Shown: positions 26,237-32,000 of the stretch, piece after piece | Position numbering within the stretch: position 1 is the first letter of the stretch | How the letters are laid out: every line of letters starts with the position of its first letter | Source: Aliivibrio fischeri ES114 | GTDB taxonomy: Bacteria > Pseudomonadota > Gammaproteobacteria > Enterobacterales > Vibrionaceae | DNA length: 32,000 bases | Assembly (NCBI RefSeq): GCF_000011805.1 | Contig: NC_006841.2 | Strand: one strand, 5' to 3' | Program-made: the position numbers and the translations under genes | The notes under the pieces: model-generated | The model's database searches: none | The model's input: only the letters and a program-made list of their open reading frames with translations | What the model was told of the DNA's origin: nothing

Positions 26237-26956
26237 CTATGGCTGCTGCTTAGTTGGAGCAAGAGCAATTTCACGAATACAAACGTTTTGAGGTTGTTGG
26301 TAAGCAAAAGATACTGCACGAGCAATGTCGTCAGCAGCTAGTACGCCACCCATGCTTTCTTTCCACTCACCGTAGCCATCTTTAATTTCTTGAGAAGACG
26401 TATGAGATAGAAGTTCAGTCTCAACCGCTCCCGGTGCAATTGTTGTTACACGAACGTTTGATAGCGCTACTTCTTCACGCACGTTTTCAGAGATTGCGTG
26501 AACCGCAAATTTAGTACCACAGTAAGCTGCATGGTTAGGGAACGTTTTCTTACCAGCAATAGAGCTGATGTTAATGATAGTACCGCTGTTACGCTCCATC
26601 ATAGGAGCAAGAACTGCTTGCATACCATTAAGAAGTCCAAGAACGTTAACATCAAACATGGTTTTCCACTCTTGTGCATCTTGAGTGTCAATTTGACCAA
26701 GAAGCATTGCGCCAGCGTTATTTACGATAGCATCTACAGGACCAAACTTTGCTTCGCCCTGAGCAATAGCCGCTTCAAAAGAGGCTTTGTCTGTTACGTC
26801 TACTTTTACTGATAAAGAGTTTGGTAGGTTAAGTGCTTCAAGGCGATCAATACGACGAGCAAGAAGAAGTAGAGGATGACCTTCATCGCTTAAACGACGA
26901 GCGATTGCTTCACCAATACCAGAACTTGCACCTGTAATAACAACTAATTTTTTCAT
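26237..26956 (-). CDS. Short-chain dehydrogenase/reductase (SDR) family oxidoreductase
   Basis: 239 aa. Cofactor motif VVITGASSGIGEAIARRL, then NNAG, and catalytic S...YCGTK (YxxxK). GAGGAA lies 7 nt upstream of the ATG. Confidence 0.92.
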   Translation of the reverse strand: MKKLVVITGASSGIGEAIARRLSDEGHPLLLLARRIDRLEALNLPNSLSVKVDVTDKASFEAAIAQGEAKFGPVDAIVNNAGAMLLGQIDTQDAQEWKTMFDVNVLGLLNGMQAVLAPMMERNSGTIINISSIAGKKTFPNHAAYCGTKFAVHAISENVREEVALSNVRVTTIAPGAVETELLSHTSSQEIKDGYGEWKESMGGVLAADDIARAVSFAYQQPQNVCIREIALAPTKQQP

Positions 26957-27071
26957 CTTCTATTTCCTCAATAAATTCAATAAGCAACGGGATTTAAAAC
27001 CCTGTTTCGTTGCGATGGATGTATATTACTGCGACTCTTATTGTTGATATATAGTCATTTACTTGAAACTC

Positions 27072-27089
27072 TGTTGCTGTACTGCAACA
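27072..27089. promoter_or_regulatory. Palindrome in the SDR / LysR divergent control region (possible LysR box)
   Basis: TGTTGC-TGTACT-GCAACA has perfect 6-bp arms. It lies 30-47 bp upstream of the LysR start at 27119. Confidence 0.3.
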
Positions 27090-27118
27090 ATAAGACGTCA
27101 ATTACTACAGAGTTCACT

Positions 27119-28021
27119 ATGATGATTAATCGCATTAACCTTACCGATATCCGCTCGTTTGTTCTTATTGCTCGCTTAGGGAATTTTACTAAGGCGGCGG
27201 AAACTCTCGACGTCTCTCGTTCCCATGTGTCACGCCAAATAAGTAGCCTAGAGAAACAAATGGGCGTGACGTTATTAATTCGTACAACTCGAACGCTACG
27301 TTTAACGGAAGCGGGTAAGCATTTTTATCATCAATGTGAACAAGCTCTTCATACTATAGATCAAGCTCTGCTTTCTGCTGTGGATGATGTTGAAAAGGTG
27401 CAAGGGGAGATAAAAATAAACTGTGTGGGTGGTTATTTAGGTGAAGTATTTCTGGCTGATATCGTTAATACCTTTATGCAGCAGTACCCAGATGTATCTA
27501 TCAGTTTAGATTTTAGTAGTAATCGAGTGGATTTAATTGAAGAAGAGTTTGATATTGCTTTTCGTATGGGCAGTCTTGAGGATTCCGGTTTTGTTGCGAA
27601 GAAATTACTTGATATTGAGATGGGAACATTAGCCAGTCCAAAGTATTTACAACAATATGGTCGTCCTTCACATCCTAAAGAATTGCAGCAACATCATTGT
27701 TTAACCGGCTCTGTTCGTAAGTGGCATTTCCAATCGTTAGTTAATAAAGAACATTATGATGTTTCGATTAAAGGAAATTTACAGTGTAAAAATGGACGAG
27801 TATTGGTTGCTGGTGCTATCGCAGGAAATGGAATTATTCGAGTTCCACTGATTTATTGTCAGCAAGAATTAGATGATAAAAAGCTTGTGCAAGTATTTGA
27901 AGAGTGGGGAATTCCAACCGTTGATTTTTCTGCGATTTATCACCGAGATCGTTATCAGCCTAAGAGAATAAGGACATTTATTGATTTTGTGAAACAGTAT
28001 TCAGATTCTTTATTTACTTAA
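27119..28021 (+). CDS. LysR-family transcriptional regulator
   Basis: The track ORF starts at TTG 27041. ATG 27119 (MMINRINLTDIRSFVLIARLGNFTKAAETLDVSRSHVSRQISSLEKQMGVTLLIRTTR) gives a canonical LysR N-terminus. Divergent from the SDR gene. Confidence 0.9.
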   Translation: MMINRINLTDIRSFVLIARLGNFTKAAETLDVSRSHVSRQISSLEKQMGVTLLIRTTRTLRLTEAGKHFYHQCEQALHTIDQALLSAVDDVEKVQGEIKINCVGGYLGEVFLADIVNTFMQQYPDVSISLDFSSNRVDLIEEEFDIAFRMGSLEDSGFVAKKLLDIEMGTLASPKYLQQYGRPSHPKELQQHHCLTGSVRKWHFQSLVNKEHYDVSIKGNLQCKNGRVLVAGAIAGNGIIRVPLIYCQQELDDKKLVQVFEEWGIPTVDFSAIYHRDRYQPKRIRTFIDFVKQYSDSLFT

Positions 28022-28034
28022 ACATAATTACAAT

Positions 28035-28070
28035 CGCCATGAAGCACACTTGAGTGAATCATGGCGTTTT
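28035..28070 (+). terminator. Rho-independent terminator after the LysR gene
   Basis: CGCCATGA (28035-28042) pairs perfectly with TCATGGCG (28059-28066), followed by TTTT. Confidence 0.6.
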
Positions 28071-28084
28071 ATTGTTGGATAGTC

Positions 28085-28294
28085 TTATTCTTCTGCTTGA
28101 TATTCTAAAATATCCGCAGGTTGGCATTCTAAATGTTTGCAAATGGCTTCTAAGGTTGAGAACTTTATTGCCTTTGCTCTGCTATTTTTTAGTACAGATA
28201 AATTCTGTTCCGTGATACCAATTAATTGAGCCAACTGATTTGAGCGCATTTTCCGCTTGGCTAGCATGATATCGAGATTTACAACGATAGGCAT
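28085..28294 (-). CDS. Small XRE/Cro-type HTH transcriptional regulator (YozG-like)
   Basis: 69 aa. MPIVVNLDIMLAKRKMRSNQLAQLIGITEQNLSVLKNSRAKAIKFSTLEAICKHLECQPADILEY is the typical short HTH_26-type protein found next to DUF2975 genes. Confidence 0.85.
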   Translation of the reverse strand: MPIVVNLDIMLAKRKMRSNQLAQLIGITEQNLSVLKNSRAKAIKFSTLEAICKHLECQPADILEYQAEE

Positions 28295-28305
28295 ATATAT
28301 TGTCT

Positions 28306-28848
28306 CTAGATTGTGAGTTCTTGTTCTTCACGAATAAGGCTTGCTTCTTCCATTACTTTTGCGATAACTCGTACGATTAAACCAATAACTAACATACTGA
28401 TTTCGCTGTCTGAAATGTTAAAGCCTCCTTCCACATTATCTTCAGTATAAGAGAGTGCGATACTAAGAAGTATATCGGATAACACTTGAACAAATGGCAT
28501 CATAATTAAGATGTTAGCGATTTTACGATATCTGATGGTGTTATCAAGGGTAAACACTTGCCCTTTTTTGTATAAACGAAATAAAAGAATTAACTGCCAT
28601 AGAATCGCACAGCTTAATAGTGTTGGTAGCATACTTGGCAGGTAACCTAACATAGAACGTGAAAAAGAGAGTGGAAGAGTAACTTCAACAGGAAAAGTAC
28701 TCTGGAATGATTGTGAGTTATAAAGAGTTGAAGCAAACCAAAGGACGGTATCCATTAATGGTAAAGCAACAAAAGCAAATCCAAAAACGATAAGCAGTTT
28801 TGAACTAAAAGATTGGATGTTATTTAAATTATTCATGTTATTTCTCAT
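28306..28848 (-). CDS. DUF2975-like integral membrane protein
   Basis: 180 aa with about 4 hydrophobic helices. It lies immediately upstream (11-nt gap) of the YozG-like HTH gene, a recurrent pairing. The family call rests on architecture and context. Confidence 0.65.
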   Translation of the reverse strand: MRNNMNNLNNIQSFSSKLLIVFGFAFVALPLMDTVLWFASTLYNSQSFQSTFPVEVTLPLSFSRSMLGYLPSMLPTLLSCAILWQLILLFRLYKKGQVFTLDNTIRYRKIANILIMMPFVQVLSDILLSIALSYTEDNVEGGFNISDSEISMLVIGLIVRVIAKVMEEASLIREEQELTI

Positions 28849-29061
28849 TCAGTGTGTGTGATGAGAATATATGCCTATCTAAAATAAATAACAATAATTA
28901 TTTACTGTTTTACGATAAGTTTTTATTGTTATTTACTTTGTAAACGTTGCAGCTTTAATTTTTCTGTTCTTAATTTCTTGATTGAATCACTCATTTTTTA
29001 AGTATTTATTAGTAATTTTATCAATAATTGTTAGTATACAACACAAAGGATTGTTAATTAT

Positions 29062-30378
29062 ATGTTTCGGTGTTGTATGAGTGTTCGATTAAAACTGATT
29101 TTATTTTTGTTGGTGTTGTTTTCTGTGGCTATTACGAGCTCAGCCTTGACATTTAAGCTTGAATCTTATGGAGAAGAGAAGCTTGCATGGGTGATTCATA
29201 CTCATAATGTGATTACAAAATCAGAGAAACTGTTGAGTAGTATGAAAGACGCAGAAACGGGTCAAAGAGGTTTTTTATTGACTCAAGAGATTAATTACTT
29301 GCAACCTTATTACACTGGGATAGCGGAATCGAAACAATTATTTTCTGCTTTGCAAGAGTTAACAAAAGATAACCAAAAGCAGCAACAAGCACTTAAACAT
29401 ATTGAAAAATCAATGAATCTTAAATTTGAAGAACTAGCTGCTACTATTGATTTTGTTCAACAAGATCAATTGCCTAAAGCATTATCTCTTGTCAAAGAAG
29501 ATAAGGGTAAAGCTTATATGGATGATTTAAGAGAAGATTTAAACCAATTTACTAATATTGAGTTATTGTTACTTGAGCAAAGAAAGGGTGACTTTAAAGA
29601 GAATCGCAGTCAACTTGTTACATTAATTAAGATGCAAATCCTCTTTTTAATCTTTTGGGCAATTGGTTCTTTTTTCTTTATGAAGCGTAATGTATTTGAC
29701 CCATTAAAATTATTGCTATTTAGTACGAAGAAAATGCAAAAAGGCCATAAGCTTGATATTGCGGATATCGTCGAGAAAAATGAAATGGGTAAGTTATTAT
29801 CAGCTTTCTATCAAATGAATGAAGTTGTTCATGAAAAAACGGAAGCGCTGACTTATAAAGCACATCATGACGAACTTACTGGGCTTAAAAACCGTAGTAT
29901 GGTTAATACTGAATTACAAGCAGCACTTCATCAAGCTGCAAAAACCAATACGAAAGTCGCTGTCTATTTTCTTGATTTAAATAAGTTTAAAGAGATTAAT
30001 GACACATTAGGTCATGATGTGGGTGACGAGGTTTTAAAGAAAACGGCTCAACTGTTAACTGAGACGGTGAGAAGTCGTGATAATGTATTCCGTCTTGGTG
30101 GTGATGAGTTTTTAGTTATTGGTCAAGGTATAGCTCAATGTTCAGGGGTGAAAAAGCTAACCTCGAAACTATTAGAGCAGTTTAAGTTTCCCGTAAATAT
30201 CGGCAGTGAATCTCTATCTATTTCCCCTAGTGTCGGTGTTGCTATTTATCCTGATGACAGCATTGATGGCGAAGAGCTTATAAAGTTTGCTGACATCGCC
30301 ATGTATGAGGCCAAAAAAGATAAAGGCAACTCATATAAAGAGTTTGCCCCTATTATGCTTAAACGAGAAACGGATTGA
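29062..30378 (+). CDS. Diguanylate cyclase with N-terminal CHASE3 sensor domain (CHASE3-TM-GGDEF)
   Basis: 438 aa. N-terminal TM helix. CHASE3 hallmark DAETGQRGFLLTQEINYLQPYY. A second TM helix. GGDEF domain with an intact active site (RLGGDEFLV) and an RxxD I-site at canonical spacing (RSRDNVFRLGGDEF). Confidence 0.88.
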   Translation: MFRCCMSVRLKLILFLLVLFSVAITSSALTFKLESYGEEKLAWVIHTHNVITKSEKLLSSMKDAETGQRGFLLTQEINYLQPYYTGIAESKQLFSALQELTKDNQKQQQALKHIEKSMNLKFEELAATIDFVQQDQLPKALSLVKEDKGKAYMDDLREDLNQFTNIELLLLEQRKGDFKENRSQLVTLIKMQILFLIFWAIGSFFFMKRNVFDPLKLLLFSTKKMQKGHKLDIADIVEKNEMGKLLSAFYQMNEVVHEKTEALTYKAHHDELTGLKNRSMVNTELQAALHQAAKTNTKVAVYFLDLNKFKEINDTLGHDVGDEVLKKTAQLLTETVRSRDNVFRLGGDEFLVIGQGIAQCSGVKKLTSKLLEQFKFPVNIGSESLSISPSVGVAIYPDDSIDGEELIKFADIAMYEAKKDKGNSYKEFAPIMLKRETD

Positions 30379-32000
30379 TTTCTTTTGCTATATGGTAACG
30401 ATTTTTTCCTGAAAGTTTAGCATGGTACATGGCCTTATCAGCTTTTTCTAAAGCCTCTTCTAATGGCGTCTGATCGTTACCAGACCAGTAGTATGCTCCA
30501 ATACTTGCTGATACATAAGGAATGGCTCCATTAATATGAATAGGGTAGCTAATTGCATTTAAGATACGCTGCAAAATAGCATTAATTTCTTGAGTCGCTA
30601 CCCTCGGATTTGTTAAGTACAAACCAAGTAAAAACTCATCGCCAGATAGACGAGCGACAAGATCGTTTTCAAAAACATTATTGGTCAAACGTTGTGAAAT
30701 GATTTTCAATAAATCGTCACCACATTGATGCCCATAAGTATCATTTACCGCTTTAAAACCATCTAAATCGAGGAAGATTAGATAAACGGATTTCTGTTTT
30801 TTATGTGCATTAAGTAGTTGTTTATAAGCATTTTGACGGTTAGCTAATTGTGTTAACCCATCATGGTTGGCTTCAAAGTTAAGGCGTTGAAGCTCTTTTA
30901 CTTGAGTTTGGTCATTAAGTGATATTACAAATGACTCTACTTTATTATCGCCATTTTTGATTAATTTAATGGTTAATAAACAAGGTAACCAATGTGATTT
31001 GTTACCGTGCTTTCTTGAAAAAAACTGACTTGTAACGTCTGTTTGAAGTTTTAAATAACCTACTTTTAGCACTTGTTTTAATACCGATGTATTGAGCTCG
31101 ATAGGCTGACGTAAATGCAGCTGATCTAGATTGGTGATGTTTCCAAATGTTTGAATAAAGGCATTATTTTTAGTCTCTATTACCATTTTTCTTGTTACAA
31201 CAATCACTGAACTTGGATTTTGGTCAAAAATCATTTCAGCCATTCGTTGACGTTGCTCAATGAGATAACGTTGACTGATATCTTCTATATGTACTAATGA
31301 ATTATTTTCACCAGCAATCGGGTAAGTCGATATTTGATATTGCTGTCCTGTACCTTGGTGGCGAAGGGTTGTTGGTTCTAATCGTTGATGGGTTTCGATG
31401 CATTCACGAAGTAGAGTTAATCGGTTGATTGGTTCAAAATCAGACAACAAATTTTCAATATGTTGCTGATTAAGAGAGGTCATTTCATCATTATTGAGCT
31501 GAATTTGAGGCAACAATAAACGAGCTGCTGGATTATGATAAATTACTTTTTTATTAGGTGAGACAACTAATAGCCCTTGATCAAGTGAATCTAGCACTTG
31601 ATTAATGTAATGAGTTTTATCTTCAAGTCTTTGAAATGCCAGTGTTAATTGAGAGTCACGTTGACTTAAGTTATCAAGCATTTCATTAAAGCAATGAGTG
31701 AGCTTTCCAATTTCGTCAGGATGAACAATATGCAGCCTTTGTTCTGTTACCCCTTTTTTGATAACTGTTTGCATTGAATTAAACATGGACAATAAAGGTG
31801 TGGCAATTAATCGGTGTACTCTGTGTGCAAAGAATAACGCTAAAAGTGAGAAGATAACCGTAGTAATTAAGAAAATGGTTAAAATCTGATTGCGTTGTTC
31901 AAACATGCTGTCTTTTGAGGCCCATACTGTCAGATTACCAAGGTGTTCATTATCTAATGTTATTGGGTGTGTAATTGCAAAAAAGACTGAGTGTGAACAT
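30359..32000 (-). CDS. Membrane sensor diguanylate cyclase (TM-HAMP-PAS-PAS-GGDEF, SGDEF variant); 5' end probably beyond the window
   Basis: The track ORF (515 aa) starts at ATG 31906, but the frame stays open upstream to the window edge (..ITLDNEHLGNLTVWASKDS-MFEQRNQILTIFLITTVIFSLLALFF). This looks like the end of a periplasmic domain running into TM2 and HAMP. PAS-like segments are LDSLDQGLLVVSPNKKVIYHNPAA and IFDQNPSSVIVVTRK. The GGDEF domain has RLSGDEFLL and no RxxD I-site. Confidence 0.8.
   Translation of the reverse strand, partial: CSHSVFFAITHPITLDNEHLGNLTVWASKDSMFEQRNQILTIFLITTVIFSLLALFFAHRVHRLIATPLLSMFNSMQTVIKKGVTEQRLHIVHPDEIGKLTHCFNEMLDNLSQRDSQLTLAFQRLEDKTHYINQVLDSLDQGLLVVSPNKKVIYHNPAARLLLPQIQLNNDEMTSLNQQHIENLLSDFEPINRLTLLRECIETHQRLEPTTLRHQGTGQQYQISTYPIAGENNSLVHIEDISQRYLIEQRQRMAEMIFDQNPSSVIVVTRKMVIETKNNAFIQTFGNITNLDQLHLRQPIELNTSVLKQVLKVGYLKLQTDVTSQFFSRKHGNKSHWLPCLLTIKLIKNGDNKVESFVISLNDQTQVKELQRLNFEANHDGLTQLANRQNAYKQLLNAHKKQKSVYLIFLDLDGFKAVNDTYGHQCGDDLLKIISQRLTNNVFENDLVARLSGDEFLLGLYLTNPRVATQEINAILQRILNAISYPIHINGAIPYVSASIGAYYWSGNDQTPLEEALEKADKAMYHAKLSGKNRYHIAKEINPFLV

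Noticed and set aside
26498-26812. 104-aa + strand ORF inside the SDR gene
   Set aside because: It is antisense to a textbook SDR coding sequence, and its translation is not protein-like.
1-32000. CRISPR arrays, rRNA/tRNA genes, integron attC/VCR-type repeats
   Set aside because: I saw no regularly spaced direct repeats, no tRNA-like cloverleaf candidates in the intergenic regions, and no repeated ~120-bp elements. The GC-rich hairpins found (15675-15704, 24542-24563 and the terminators) are unrelated in sequence to one another.

Overview
This is an AT-rich gammaproteobacterial chromosomal segment, probably Vibrionaceae. That assignment is an inference from gene content (uhpT-uhpABC, a twin-adaptor RND pump, a VF530/DUF2132 protein) and from codon usage. 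I support about 30 CDS. I saw no rRNA, tRNA, CRISPR array, integrase or transposase.

Most of the window is regulator-rich metabolic and transport cargo:
- four LysR-family regulators, plus AraC, TetR, ArsR and XRE regulators
- MFS and DMT transporters
- a peroxiredoxin-like protein
- a secreted SdsA1/YjcS-type alkyl sulfatase
- the complete hexose-phosphate sensing and uptake locus, uhpT-uhpA-uhpB-uhpC
- a TetR-controlled RND pump with two adaptor genes
- a COG0701 permease-ArsR-pentapeptide operon
- an SDR oxidoreductase
- a DUF2975 plus YozG-like HTH pair
- two convergent, overlapping GGDEF genes

The stand-out is an isolated, translationally coupled two-gene cassette at 8543-10596 on the minus strand. 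It encodes a split ABC/SMC-like ATPase followed by a zinc-ribbon HNH nuclease. This is a Septu (PtuA/PtuB)-like candidate anti-phage system. It sits between unusually long non-coding spacers that carry a 15-bp perfect inverted repeat, and no mobility genes are nearby.

A second well-supported result is the uhpT promoter. It has a CRP-like site and a perfect 7-3-7 palindrome at -103.5 and -64 relative to a candidate -10. As I recall it, this matches the E. coli uhpT promoter architecture.

All calls come from reading the sequence and the ORF translations. No database search was run.
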